Below are positions 11,892 through 25,590 of a stretch of DNA of 64,000 nt, piece by piece. The translations under genes and the position numbers were made by a program. Numbering within the stretch: position 1 is the first letter of the stretch; each line of letters begins with the position of its first letter. The notes beneath the pieces are model-generated. The model made no database searches. It saw nothing but the letters and a program-made list of their open reading frames with translations, and was not told the origin of the DNA. Source of the stretch: Haliotis rufescens (taxonomy: Eukaryota); the NCBI RefSeq assembly GCF_023055435.1, contig NW_025963779.1, forward strand, positions 70,246,001 through 70,310,000. The letters are read 5' to 3'.

Positions 11892-12667
11892 TGGTGCTGT
11901 CCGCGTTAGCTATAAACAAGTCAAACTTGGGGCTTGTCCTTAACCTGTAGTTTCAACCCCATCACGGGTAACCAATTATAGTACGGACAGAGTTAGGTCC
12001 CTTACTCCTTCACATCGCTGCAAGTTTGGGGTGCGCTATGCTACATGAAGCGAACCTACAATCTAAAATTGATGCTTGTTTCATCCAATATCATTCGGAT
12101 TTGGGGATTATTACAATGACAATGCATACGGCTGGCACAGTTACCTGTGTTTGTTTGTTGTTTGATGGAATTATCTCGCTATACCACTCCAGGTTACAGA
12201 TAAAATGAAACTTTTTGGAACGAGGCCCGTGAGATGGGACAGGTGCCCCTGGTGATTCATAGACTGTAATGGGGAGAAGGTATACATGTAACCTGGCTGA
12301 ATGTGTCGGGGATACACTCGTCCTACAACCACTGGCCTGCGTGATAAACTTGAATATATACAGACCGCCGTCGTGTAACTGTAATAACGTTGACTGCGGC
12401 CGACCACAGTTACTCGCTTGTGTGCAGACCAATCCAAGACAATATAACGTTGGTTGGTTGGTTCATTGAGCCGCTTTGAGCAATATTCCAGCAATATCAC
12501 AGCGGGAGCCTCCAGAAATGGGTTTCACACATTGTACTCATGTGGGGAATCGAACCCGGGCTTTCGGCGTGACGAGCGGTCACTAGACAACCCCACCAAT
12601 CCTTGTCGGTATGGAGAAATATTAAGCAGTTTGAAACAAATATTTGTTTTTCATTTAATTGGTCATT

Positions 12668-12922
12668 GGCGGTGGGGTAGCCTGGTGGTTAAAGCGTTAG
12701 CTTGTATTGCCGAAGACCCGAGTTCGATTCCGACATTGCCATAATATGTGAGGCCCATACCTGGTATCATCTTGCCGCGGCAGAGGTGTTAACTGACTTT
12801 ATAAAAGTCACTTTTATAGTCAGTTAACACCTTTGCTGCGGGAAGATGACCTGGTATATCATCCGCTGTCACCTGGCATGATTGCTAAAAGCGGCGTAAA
12901 ACATCCTCACTCAACTCACTCA
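12668..12922 (+). mobile_element. tRNA(Asp-like)-derived SINE family B with a nested foldback element
   Basis: A-box TAGCCTGGTGG, B-box AGTTCGATTCC, tail TGCTAAAAGCGGCGTAAAA(CACT)n; adjacent opposite copy at ~12465-12597(-). Confidence 0.8.
12768..12848. mobile_element. 81-bp foldback element made only of two TIRs, 9-bp TSD
   Basis: Near-perfect palindrome CATCTTGCCGCGGCAGAGGTGTTAACTGACT...AGTCAGTTAACACCTTTGCTGCGGGAAGATG flanked by ACCTGGTAT (12759-12767, 12849-12857). Confidence 0.85.
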
Positions 12923-13709
12923 ACTAAACTCCTGCCCGTGAAGAAGCGGGTTAGAATAGTCGTGAGAGGCGACTATGCTGGTCTTAAGAGGCATCTAACG
13001 GGATCGGGCGGTCAGACTCGTTGACTTGATTGATGCATGTTATCGTATCCCAATTGCCCAGATCGATGCTCATGATACTCACTGGATTGTCTGGTCCAGA
13101 CTCGATTATTTACAGACCGCCGTCATAGAGCTGAAATATTGCTGAGTGCGGCGTTGATCAACAAACAAACAAATAAAACGGCTCACATGGTGAGATTACA
13201 CTGTAAGAGTGTCCATTACTTCTAAGGACTGATTAATGAGCGCTCGTTGCCCCTGTACCCACCACACCTGTTCTGCCACCGCATCACGCTCAGCTGCCGG
13301 CGTGCTGGAAACAAACAGCTCCTGTGTTTGTCTGAAGTTTCTCACATGCAGGCCAGACTGACGTCACGTGACCACTGCCTATCATCTGATCGTTCAACTG
13401 TCAAATACACGTTAAAAGTAAAAAGAGGTAAGTAGATTTCAAGCGACATTTAACTGCTTAGAAGTTGCAGATGTTGCTGAAAAAGTTGTCTTTCTAGTTC
13501 ACGCCCACTTACGTACCCATGACAACGAATGAGCTTGAGGATAGGTTAAATCTCCTCATGGATCTTGACTGTGTTCGTTTAATGAAGCCCAATGTTTATA
13601 CTCCTGCCATTTCCGAGTGTATGAAGGCAGCGATGTACGATAACCAGGGGCTGGAGATGGAGGGGGGAGGGGGTGATATAACACCTGTGGAGTGATCCTG
13701 TGGAGAGTC

Positions 13710-14866
13710 TGTGATAGTCTTAATTGTCACCTGTAGTTGCAACCCAGTGGGGGTCCATGATAGTCTTTGTGTCCATATGCCACCTGAAGACCGAACCCCC
13801 TAGGGGTTCCCGTGTTTTTCAGGTTAACTTTGACTTGCCTTTGCATGTGTTTGTGACGGGTGCAAACGGTGGGACAGGATACGCTTTCGCGAACTGCTAT
13901 TTGATAGTGATTCATAAACACATGCCCATGATATGGTCGGAATTGTACAATCGTCTGCCATTAGCAGATATTTCCTATGGAAAAGGTTAGAGTTTGTGCC
14001 TTTTATTTGTTCCATGCATGTAGAGTGAATTCCGTTGGGGTCCATGATAATCTTTGTTTTAATATGCCACCTGTAGATCGAACCCCGTGGGGATCCATAA
14101 TAATCTTAGTGTCCATATGCCACATGTAGATCGAACCCCGTGAGAGTCCATGATAGTCTTAATGTCCATATGCCATCTGTAGATCGAACCCCAAGGGGGT
14201 CTATGATAATCTTAATGTCCATATGCCACCTGTAGATCGAACCCCGTGAGAGTCCATGATAGTCTTAATGTCCATATGCCACCTGTAGATCGAACCCCGT
14301 GGCGGTCCATGATAATCTTAATGTCCATATGCCACCTGTAGATCGAACCCCGTGGCGGTCCATGATAATCTTCATGTCCATATGCCACCTGTAGATCGAA
14401 CACCGTTGGGGTCCATGATAATCTTGATGTCCGCATGCAATCTATAGATCGAACCCCGTGAGAGTCCATGATAGTCTTAATGTCCACATGCCATATCTAG
14501 ATCGAACCCCGTGAGAGTCCATGATAATCTTAATGTCCACATGCCATCTCTAGATCGAACCCCAAGGGGGTCCATGATAATTCTAATGTCCATATGCAAC
14601 CTGTAGATCGAACCCTGTGGTGTCCATGATAGTCTTTGTGTCCATATGCCACCTGTAGATCGAACCCCGTGGGGGTCAATGATAATCTTCATGTCCATAT
14701 GCAACCTGTAGATCGAACCCCTTTTGAGGTCCATGATAATTCTAATATCCATATGCAACCTGTAGATCGAACCCCGTGGTGTCCATGATGGTCTTTATGT
14801 CCATATGCCACCTGTAGATCGAACCCTTTTGGGGTCCATGATAGTCTTTATGTCCATATTGCACCT
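13710..14866 (+). repeat. 53-bp minisatellite (~16 copies at 14020-14866, plus ~2 degenerate at 13710-13810)
   Basis: Unit TGTCCATATGCCACCTGTAGATCGAACCCCGTGAGAGTCCATGATAGTCTTAA. Confidence 0.92.
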
Positions 14867-15923
14867 TGGCGGTCTTGGCTTAAGTGTGAAGATTGTGTGA
14901 TAGCTATTCTTGTTTCTATATCAATACATGTAGTTTGTAGTTTTCCGTCACAGTGACGGTGTAGGTGTCCAAAGTGGAATGTTAGTGCAGTACATTATCT
15001 TAGCTTATCTAACACATGTCCCTCAGAATTGTAAGAAATCACTTTCAAAAAACGCAATCATGACAAAATGTTGCCGCCTAATCATTATTAAGAAAGTAGG
15101 TGTAGTACAATATCTAAAACTTATCGTGTTCGGCTATTTCAAAGGATATATGGTATGCTGTCACTGCGTTTCTGGCAAACCGTCATATTCTTCACATCCT
15201 CTTACGATAAAACAACCAGGGCGTGTCTAACTTACAAAGCACATTGCCTCGTGTCAATTAGAGGTGTTAACACAGGAGCGTCAACGCCGAATGTGTTTGT
15301 TATAGATAACAAATCTGCAGCAGTACAGGTCGAGGAAGAACATTTGTACCCATTCGAGGCCATCACACAGATTCACATTATTTAAGGGGGTACGGCTGGC
15401 ACAGTTACCTGTGTGTTTGTTTGTTGTTTGATGGAATTATCTCGCTATACCACTCAAAGGAAGTTTTTACTGTAGTTAATCGTTGTATGACAGAATATTT
15501 GTTTGTGTGTTTGTTGTTGGTTGTTTAACGCCGCACTCGGCAATATACCAGCTGTATGACGGCGGTCTGTAAATAATCGTGTCTGGACCAGACAATCCAG
15601 TGACGGATATTATGATAATCGATCTACGTAATTGGGATACGATAACATGCATCAACCAAGTCAGCGGGCCTGACCACCCGATCCCTTAAGTCGCCTCTTA
15701 CGATAAGCATGGGTTGCTGAAGTAATATGTTAACATGGCTTAACAGATTAACTATAATAATATTATGAAAGAATCGGGTGTCGACACCTCACAACTGCCC
15801 CGAGATTGATCCCAACAACACAAATGAATCTGAAAATGATAGAACATCTACAGGATAGTTACAGTGAGAGAATGATGTTTAACGCCACGAGCAGTAGTAT
15901 TGTAATGCCATACTGGCCTGTAT

Positions 15924-15958
15924 CAGAGACCATATAATAGAGTATTATATGGTCTCTG
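15924..15958. mobile_element. 35-bp palindrome with 7-bp TSD; putative P-superfamily excision footprint
   Basis: CAGAGACCATATAATAG-AG-TATTATATGGTCTCTG flanked by CCTGTAT on both sides. Confidence 0.75.
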
Positions 15959-16027
15959 CCTGTATACAATCGAGTCAGGCCAACAACCATGTCATTGAGT
16001 CCAATTTAGTTTTTAGTAACCTCTTTG

Positions 16028-16362
16028 CTCTCGTTGGCTGAGGGTGGATGGGTAGTCTTGGGATAAAGCGTTCTCTCGTTGGCTGACGGTGGATGGGTAG
16101 TCTTGGGATAAAGCGTTCTCTCGTTGGCTGAGGGCGAATGGGTATAGTCTTGGGATAAAGCGTCGTCTCGTTGGCTGAGGGTGAATGGGTTGTCTTGGGA
16201 TAAAGCGTTCTCTCGTTGGCTGAGGGCGAATGGGTAGTCTTGGGATAAAGCGTTCTCTCGTTTCGCCGAAGGCCCGGGTCCGACCCTAACATTGTAACAA
16301 TGTGTCCCCCGACGCTCTACTGCAGGAATATTGCTAAAAGCGGCGTAAGACCAAACTCACTG
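16028..16362 (+). repeat. ~45-bp minisatellite (5 copies) running into a family B SINE
   Basis: Unit CTCTCGTTGGCTGAGGGTGGATGGGTAGTCTTGGGATAAAGCGTT; the last unit continues as SINE B (CGCCGAAGGCCCGGGTCCGA...GCTAAAAGCGGCGTAA). Confidence 0.85.
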
Positions 16363-16959
16363 CTCGTTGATTCACATGCCAGATTCACCCCGATTAGGAA
16401 TTTTGATCTCTGTAAGCACAATACATGCACTCGTGGGTTCCGCAAAAGTAGTAAAACGCCTCACTTCCCCCCACAGCTGACACGCCTTGATAAGTTGAAA
16501 TACTATTCAAAGTGGCTTTTATCTTACTCTACTTTGTCGTTAAACATTTCAGAGTACTTGTTCCTTTTTAACGGGTTCCGCCTCCTCTATTTTGAAAATG
16601 AAGCCAACGCCTCCACAGAACCCGGATGTGCAGCGGCATAGCTGATACTGTAAACCATCCACGTACACATATATTTTCGTGAAATTGCATGAAATCACTG
16701 TGTATACTTTGGACCACGTTGTATATTACGTAAACAGGACGAAGATCTACATTTACTATGTGCAGTGTGCTGTGGTGTAGAGGACATGCTGCATTAAGTA
16801 TTGCTTATATATATAATTGCCTCAGTAACATTTCCACATGTCATTTTGCCATTTAACTGAGGTCTTTGTATAATTTTATAGAGTACTTTTCTCACGACCT
16901 CGCCTATGTTTGCTAATACGTCTCCGATTTGCCGGTCAAATGGAAATTCATATGTCCAA

Positions 16960-17123
16960 AAAAATAGTAAATGTCCCGTTTCCGGTTCTCTAATCTAATC
17001 TCCGGCATGGAATTAAAAGATAGAGTCACTGTACACAAACAGCAGATTAGAGACCCTGATGTTTAATGCTTAGGTGTCAGCAAACACATTGATGATTGCG
17101 GAAACGGGACATTTAGTATTTTT
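16960..17123. mobile_element. Short element with 25-bp inverted repeats (putative MITE)
   Basis: AAAAATAGTAAATGTCCCGTTTCCG ... CGGAAACGGGACATTTAGTATTTTT (24/25 match). Confidence 0.55.
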
Positions 17124-19261
17124 CCGTTTTATAAATTGAATACCAGTAGAGACTGGAAAAAGAACAAATGTTGATCCAATTGATGAAACCCAAATTGAAC
17201 TCTAGAATGTATTAATAGATTTGTCATTTCAATCGTAAATGTTACACTGTTACTTTACAAATACTGATATATGTATCAACACAAATGACATTTTTAAAAA
17301 CGCAGAATTCAAAATCTAAGTCCATGTGCGTTCTCGGACTAAATATCACAACCTGCTGTCTATCTAACTTGTTCGGAATGGCTGTCGCCTAGATAGCGCC
17401 GTATAGCGGGGAGGGGCACTGGTGTTATCACTTGCTGCTGAGGAGGGGGAACCTGCTCTCTTACTGACTGTCGTGTATGTTTCAGACTTCCCCAGATTCC
17501 TCAAATTCCCTGCCGTCAGCTCGTGTGGAGAGATATATTGTGTATCCGATATAGGCCTGTCATGAATGCTAAACGGCGCCGAGAGATAACTTCTTCTGGT
17601 TATCTGGCAAAATGATGCTATAAATCGCTTAGGTACCACCATATTCTGGCGTGAACAAAAGAACAGCTTACTCTGGCTCTCTTGATGGAGAGAGGTTCAT
17701 TAACACTTAAGATACATCAACGCTTTCGGCCAATAAAATTTGAAAAGGTGTTTGATAATGGAACCGTTACCTTCTCTCATAACCTTGATTAGGACGTACA
17801 AGCAACTTGTTCACTTTCAACACGCAGATAAGAATGTATTCAACAAGTAGCCATTTGATACACAAACAATACGTTTTGCGGACCTTGGAGTGAAAACAGT
17901 TGAGTTTTTTCATTTGAAAAATAACCAGTACATCAACGAACCTCTTAAATCTTAAGACACTTTCTAGAAAAACAAATACAATTTTGAAAACACAAACATA
18001 TATTCGGAATTGTGGTTTATTATGGTATACCTGTGACCAAGAATGACAATAAAGTATTAGGTAAATGCTGAGATATTTGCATTAACATTGGACGGCTGAC
18101 GCAAGACAGCTTCACTGTCCGTTTGTATCGCAGGGGTCCCGACAGTTCTCTAGTTTAAATACAGTATTGATATTGATCAATACCGATTTGTTTCGCTATA
18201 GCCAATATCGATATGTTTAAGATGTGTTGCGTGGTTGTCAACACCATGCAGCGAAACGAATACCACAGAGTCCATTTATTCGTGTGAATCACAGTTTGGA
18301 AGATTATTTTCTATTGATTTGTAGACTAATGGGGATGTGAGAGGAATAGTAACGAGCATTTGCCGAAATGCAGTTGCAAACAAATGCGAATGAAACAAAT
18401 TCATACAGGAAAAAGATATTGATCACGTTTCAATATAAATGCGCCCACTTGAACGCATGTAGCAAAATGGTTGCTAGATTTCACAGGAAAGACTCGATAC
18501 GCACTCTTCATATGTCTTCCGCCGCGACATTGCTGGAATACTGCTAAAGTCGGCGTAGTAAACAAACTCATTTACTCATATTTTATCAATTCTTACGACA
18601 AACCGCAGAAACTCAGTGCACGGTGTAAGGCGCTGGAATTCCCGCTAGAGTTACTTCCCGTAGCCATACCAGGAACCACTGGTTGTCTCTTCGCGTTCTT
18701 GGTTTGGCCCGAATATGATCCTTGGTTTGTCAGCACCACATCTGTGTTCCTGGGTTTCATCGAAATAGTAAACGTCTACGAGTTGCTTTGGTTCATCCGG
18801 CCGCCTAACAGGCTGTGCTATATAATAACAGAAATACTGTGTTAGCTCACGCGTCCTTTACACTTGACTGTCAGTGCCCCACGCCTTGAGATTCCGAAGA
18901 TATCCACTGTACGTCATGCCTAATTGGTCTTCAGCAACCCATGCATGTTTTTCGTAAGAATCGAAAAACGGGGTCGGTTTAATCTGTCTCACAATCCCTG
19001 AACCATATTATTTTCCCTTCCGCTGAGCCCTTAATTAATGCTCTAGCCCTAAATTAAGCATTTTTAACAGGTCCACCCGTTTTGGGGGGTCAGGCTCGCT
19101 GCCCTGGTTGTATACTAACGCTTTGTCTCCGAAAATATATAATTTGGATAAAAACAAGCAACTGCAATTAAAGTAAGAAGGAGCTCCTGGCAGTGTGATT
19201 GGAGATTCAGAACCTGTGGAAAAACTGGATTTTTTGCATTTAGAGGTACTGAGTTACAGTA

Positions 19262-19423
19262 GTGAGTGAGTATAGTTTGACGCCGCTTTTAGCAATATTC
19301 CAGCAATATCACGGCGGGGAACACTACAAATTGGCTTCACACATTGTACCCATGTGGAGAATCTAATCCGGATCTTCGGCGTGACGAGCGAACGCTTTAA
19401 CCACTGGGCTACCCCACCGCCCC
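19262..19423 (-). mobile_element. SINE family B
   Basis: Near-identical to 53980-54142. Confidence 0.85.
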
Positions 19424-19795
19424 AGCGTTACAGTAAGGGCTGGGCGGAAGGGAAAATAATGTGGCGGAGGCACTGTGAGACAGACTAACTTGTTTGATGC
19501 ATGACACCGTATCCCTATTGCGTTGATCGATGCTGAGTTTAACAACAAACAAAACAACTCATGCTTGGTTGTGTCCCATCGTCCTACGACGGCGTGTATC
19601 GTCGTGACCATTATCGCTTTATATGGGAAGCACATATGATCAAGAACAAACAACGAGCCGAAGGGTTGAAAACTTTGCATGCTTTATAACAGGAATTGGG
19701 TACTGAGAACCTAGTACCGATGTCAGTGTATGGTATAATCACTTAATATCAGGATATTACAACATGTTTGCTTGTAATACTTTAAACCAACAGCC

Positions 19796-20024
19796 NNNNN
19801 NNNNNNNNNNNNNNNNNNNNNNNNNNNNNNNNNNNNNNNNNNNNNNNNNNNNNNNNNNNNNNNNNNNNNNNNNNNNNNNNNNNNNNNNNNNNNNNNNNNN
19901 NNNNNNNNNNNNNNNNNNNNNNNNNNNNNNNNNNNNNNNNNNNNNNNNNNNNNNNNNNNNNNNNNNNNNNNNNNNNNNNNNNNNNNNNNNNNNNNNNNNN
20001 NNNNNNNNNNNNNNNNNNNNNNNN
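19796..20024. other. Assembly gap
   Basis: Run of N. Confidence 1.
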
Positions 20025-20569
20025 ATAATATGATGTGTGTATAACTTGTGAATCACACTGCACGCTTGTTGATTACCCACTCTGTGGAAGGTCGGAGTTA
20101 TGCCATGTTAATGTATTACAGATGAATGCATAGTCCGTGATTTGAGGCAATTACCAAACGTGTGGTCCTAATGACCGCGGGGGGGGGGGAATGTTCAATC
20201 TCTGCTGCTGTTTGGAAATGTCAGAGTGCCGTGATATGCGAAAGCCTTGTTCCACATGAACCGTTTCCACTCAGTAGCAAAGCCAGCCATATGTTGATCA
20301 GTCACTGATCACAGCCAACATGTTTTGGGATGATCTTGTAAAGTTTTGATTGATTCACTTCTTTATGAGATTAAATCTGCACTCATCCATGGTGTAGATT
20401 GAAATCGGGACATAACGTAAATTTGTTACCCATGTTTCATTGCTAAGCTGTCAAACTCCGACAAGTATTGCTGAGAAGATTGCCCACATGGTGGGAACAA
20501 TGTGTGAAGCCCTATCTTTGTATTCCACATCGTGATTTGGCTGGAATATTGCTAAAAGTGCATACTACC

Positions 20570-20656
20570 TAGTCTGTCTCACAGTACCAGAACCATATTA
20601 TTTTACCTTCTCCCAGCTGTTACGGTAACGCTATAGCCCTAAATGAAGCAAGGCTA
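20570..20656 (+). mobile_element. Short dispersed repeat with TAG...CTA ends
   Basis: TAGTCTGTCTCACAGT...ATTATTTT.CCTTC...GCCCTAAAT.AAGCA; related copies at ~18983-19060(+) and ~19423-19487(-); no TSD recognised. Confidence 0.5.
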
Positions 20657-21219
20657 GATTTTCCTCAGGTTCATGTCTGAATCTACCATCTCAGTGGGGC
20701 TCCTTTTCAATGTATATGTAGTTGCTTGTTTTTGTCAAAACCACATTTCAGCGACTAAGCGTTAGTCTAACATGGTGAGTTCAACGTGTAAAGCCCATTC
20801 TTGGTGTTCTATATAGCGATATGGCTGGAGTATTGCTAATATCGGCATAGATCATTTACATATTTCTCAGAGAGAAATGGGTTTTATACCATTCCGCGCT
20901 TTCACAGATATATCATTCATGATTGCGATTTACAGTCGGGCCTGGACACTGGGATCTTGGGGGCCGTTCCAAAAAGCGGTCGTAGTACAATGGTGATCGT
21001 AGCTACCATACTTTAACAGACTTACGACTGCCGTAGTGCTACGGTCGCTTTGTAGAACGGGACTCAAGGAACGATAAACCACCCCTAGACCACATGCAGA
21101 CATGCAATCACGCACGCACCCACGAGCACACACATACAGACAGACAGTCTGAGAGACAACGGTACATGTCTATTGAATATTTATATGATTAGATACCACT
21201 CACTTTACGGCGTGTATGG

Positions 21220-21221
<2 letters not shown>

Positions 21222-21286
<65 letters not shown>
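21222..21286. repeat. (GT)n microsatellite
   Basis: About 32 GT units. Confidence 0.97.
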
Positions 21287-21287
<1 letters not shown>

Positions 21288-21676
21288 ACGAGCGTCCTTG
21301 TGTCGTCTAAGGAGCAGCAATTGTGCAAAGTTGCGTCCCTTGGAAAAGCCAGACAAATATGATCATGGGTTCGAATCCCGGTTTGCCCCGATTGTGTTTG
21401 TCAGCACAATGCCCGTGCTCAGTTCTTCTTACCAAAGTGGTAAACGTCTGAGATATGCATAACTTCGGGCTTTCCTCACACATTAAACTGACACGACGTC
21501 ATATGACTGGAACATTGTTGAAAGCGGCGTTAAACTCAACTCACTCACTCACTCAATCTTATTTTCGGTAATCATTTGAACGCTCAATTACACATGAATA
21601 AATAGGCGGGCTATCTTAGACCATCGGAACAGGGGTTACGGGTAGTGATATACGCAACATACACTACCCAGGTTAC

Positions 21677-22175
21677 CAACTTCCCGAGGCATGAAAGTTA
21701 ACTGACTATATAAGTTCAGTTTCCACCCGTGCCGAACTAGGCTGCAGTTATGTCTGGATTAACGAGTCTATGCATAGTCCAATCAAAATCGCTGAACGAA
21801 CAAGACATCCGGTTCCTAAACAAAATGGATTTCAAGTGCAGATTTCGGTCGACTGCAGGATTTGCATGTTGCTTCATGCTTTAAATCAAGGTGCTCACGT
21901 GATTTGATGCACTTCGCGGGGTAAGACCCGTTTTATAACAATATAGATCTTGATTTTTTAGCAGATCGTCTTGACTGGGCGCCGCCATTTTGTTTGAAGC
22001 AAATGCAAGTGATATGAGATATGGAATCTGATTGGTCAACTGGAGGAACATAGAAGGGACTTAACTCGTAATAGCCACTGCTGGCGCTACGATCGAGCCT
22101 GGAAATTCCAGCCTAGTTCAGCAAGGGTGGAAACTGGAGTCTTTAGTCAGTTAACGCCCTTGCCTCGGGAAGATG
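21677..22175 (+). mobile_element. ~500-bp MITE with ~65-bp imperfect TIRs (CATCTTCCCG family)
   Basis: Left CTTCCCGAGGCA..GTTAACTGACTA..CAGTTTCCACCCGTGCCGAACTAGGCTG; right end is its inverse, ending CCTCGGGAAGATG. Confidence 0.8.
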
Positions 22176-25100
22176 CTTATATTCTGGACTGGCTCAAAAT
22201 AATGATTTAAATACAAAAAGACTAATTAGTAAAAAAGAAGTGAACAAATTCCCCACACACCTGAGTTTCGAACGTGACCACTGTGCAGCAAACTGAACCT
22301 TTAAAACGGCCTGCGAGTACTGGGGAGTAAAGACACAAGTATAAATATACTGCGCGTTGACCCGAGAGAGGGCAATCGCTCCTGGACAGCCGGGGAATAC
22401 AACAGACTGAGGCGCCCAGCCAACGTGTGTTTCTAAACATGGGGAAAACACGAAAAGCAAACTAACTACTATATCCATACTGAAGATGCAAGTATCAGAA
22501 TAAAGCATTGATTATGAGCTATCCAACGATAACATTAAAGATTTACAACAAGCTATGTACAATTATTGAGGCAAAATGATCATATACACATTAGAAATAT
22601 CTGAGTGTACCTTTAAATTCCTCTGTTTGAAAATCATGGTTACAAAAACATTTTCAACACATGAATAAGGTAGCGAACATATAGGAGATCAAACATCAAG
22701 TCAATAAATGGTATGAGCGTGCCTTTAAATCCAACGAGAATAAAAAAGTCGGGCCACTAATTCCCAAACACAGAATGTAATGACACCGAAGAACGACGAC
22801 CGCCGGACGTTGCCGAGCGGTGTCGGAAATAAAGCCGGGGAGCGTCGAGGTCACTGGACTGTGACACGAGCTGATTCGATCTACGGTGACAGACTTTATA
22901 AAGTCATTTTCTGACATCCTTTTATGGGATTTTACTTAATTGTCCCTGTTCTAAAATATATTTCATCATTTTTTATAAGCTGACAAAGTGCTTATGAAAT
23001 GTACCAGTATGGGATAACAACATCGGATAATGTTCCGTTATCGAACGCATTCAGTTCTAATTGATTATCAGCAGCCATATATGCATCAATGTGAAGTCTA
23101 TCGATAGACGTATTCACGCAAGGTTTTTGTCTTAAACGTCTTAAGTTTTTAGATAGCTTATTTGAATCTTATTTTAGCCAATCAGAATCGAGCATTCTTC
23201 AGTGCCATTAAGGTGATAGGTCTGTTTTATTCATGTAGTCGGTTAATATCTTATACGAATAAGAACGATTTTACTCTCTTATATATTTAGCCTAGTTGTC
23301 ACAGATATAATCAACCGTAAATAGATGAGAAAGAAATTTCACGCGGGTAATTGAATTAGTGAATCCGAATGCGCTACCGACTCACAATCCTCACAATCCT
23401 CCAACGATGCGTTATTAGTGCAACACACTAAAACAGCAGGGACTGGCAGCCCCTCGCGAGGCAAGTAGTTCATGACGTCAAGGCTGCAACATCTGCGTTA
23501 TTACACGAATCAGCGATCAAATCAAACAATCAAATCTCCGAATACACGCCACTGGGGCATGGAACACGAGGGTTGTGTATGTGCTGGGGGCTCCCATCCC
23601 AGGGGCTATCGATCAGCTGGTACAGGAGGAGCGAGAGCAAGGCCTATACTGTTACTGCATCCGCCAGAGACACGTTGATGTCTACACGTCTCAAAGGGGG
23701 ACTGTCATCCGTCTGTGATGGGGTCAGATCTTCCTGTCGTGTTGGTAATAAACAGATTAAATATTGATCTCAAGAAACGCTGCTATACTTAGAACCGCAG
23801 GAAGTCCGACCTGTAGGAAAGATGGATTTCAGTAGGTCTTTCAATAATTTGATTCTTTGTTCCTACATGCAGAGATATTAGAAAAGTGTTCGGGAGATAC
23901 GAAACTATATGAACATACTAAGAATTGGAGTAATCTTAGAGGTACTCGGGAAAATGATACAAAATAAACTACAAAAGAAAGTATAACACTTGAAAACTGG
24001 ATTTGATTAAATAAAATGTAATGTGTTTGGCAACAGTCATCTATTTTCCTATTATTTTCTATTTTCCTCTATTTTATTCTTTCCTAGCTCTATTATAATG
24101 GACCAACTCAAACCAACGCAACATCTCTCAAACAACCCCCCAACTGCACTAACACACACCTCAAAAACCTAAATGTCATAAGCATGAATCACGTCCATAT
24201 TTTACGGAATTAAAGCCTGAAACAAGCTGACGTAAGCATGATACGAAATTCAAGGACACAGACGTGATGTGGGTAATTCTGATAACGCATCGCCAAGCTG
24301 CCTAGTTAAAAACCTGCGTGCATGTAGTTGTCAGACTGCTCAGAAACAAACAAGCCGCTCGTTTCCGATATGAATCCGAGCTCTTGCTGCCAGTGGTCGC
24401 TATGATCGGGCCAGCCTATCCTATGTCCACTCACTTCGATAACGTGGTCAGTATGTACCGGACATCTATCTGACCGGAATATCACACAGTGTAAGTATTC
24501 AGTTTATGCAATGGTTGTAGAATAACAGTGCATGCTATATCAAGCCGTATCGCACACTCGTGGGGCCTTGCGTCAGTGACTGGATGTTAAATTGTGTCAT
24601 ATTTGTAGTTAACGAATGAAAACGACATTATGTTAGTGTGCCTTTCACTTGATAGACAGTGTAGAGTTGCCTATTTACTAAAGTGTATATACTAGAAGCA
24701 ATACATGTATCGTCCCAATGTACCACCACCAACTCGATTATATTAACGTTGGAGTTAAATTCGCTACAGCATCGCGTGCTAATGTTGCAATCACGCAGAA
24801 ATAAATCGTCTCCAGATTCTTATAAAAATGGCAGTTGCTCGTTCCATGACTTTATACGATTTAAAGTCGCTTGTCTCGATAAACTAGTTTTTTTACCGAA
24901 CCAACGCCTAAAGCATGGACGCTCTGATTGTGTATGTCCATATACCTGCATCTACAGGTAAGTTGGTTCGTCTTATTTAAAGAATCTTCAAGGATTAGAG
25001 ATGTCTTATATCGTTTACTATCACATGAAGAGGGTGCCAAAACTGTTTATATACCTCTTTAACCTATTCTCAAATGTTTAGCTCCATAACATATATCGTA

Positions 25101-25511
25101 TGGCAATGTAAACTAACACTCGAGACTGGCCCCGGCCTAGTCTTGTATAGTTAGTTGCAGGTATAGCGCGGTTTCAGTGCCTGCCTATACCGTTGAAACT
25201 AAATATCTCTCGACAGGAGGAAGTGATCTGACAGAAGCAATTGTTGCAATACGTTTCTAAGCTAATCTTTTGTTCCTTTCCAAAAAGGATTTGACTTGAA
25301 ACGTGAGTGCAAATGCTTCATAAATAGGTTGTAGTCATGCGGTAAAAATGGTTCCGCTCTAAAGTCTTCGAGCAGGCTAGTGCTATCACTCAACGCCATA
25401 TGATAACGGCAAGCGTTTGTGGGGAATCTTCCCGCGTGTGAGAGACGATACCTTACCGATGCCAGATATTTTTAGACACGTACAGATAGCAAGTTCTTCT
25501 ACACTCTGACA

Positions 25512-25590
25512 CATTTGTCAGGGCGCAGTGACGTAGCAGCTGTGTCACGTGACCGTGCACCTGCAACAGTCACGTGATACCACATCTGGA
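25512..25590. promoter_or_regulatory. Dense E-box/CRE-like cluster, candidate promoter or enhancer of the GPCR
   Basis: TGACGT, CAGCTG, GTCACGTGAC, CACCTG, GTCACGTGA, CATCTG within 80 bp; donor-like G|GTGAGT at 25850. Confidence 0.35.

Noticed and set aside
19757-20080. ORFs spanning N runs (also 54798-55200)
   Set aside because: Gap artefacts.
23472-23767. GC-richer stretch with short ORFs
   Set aside because: No recognisable domain or consistent splice signals.
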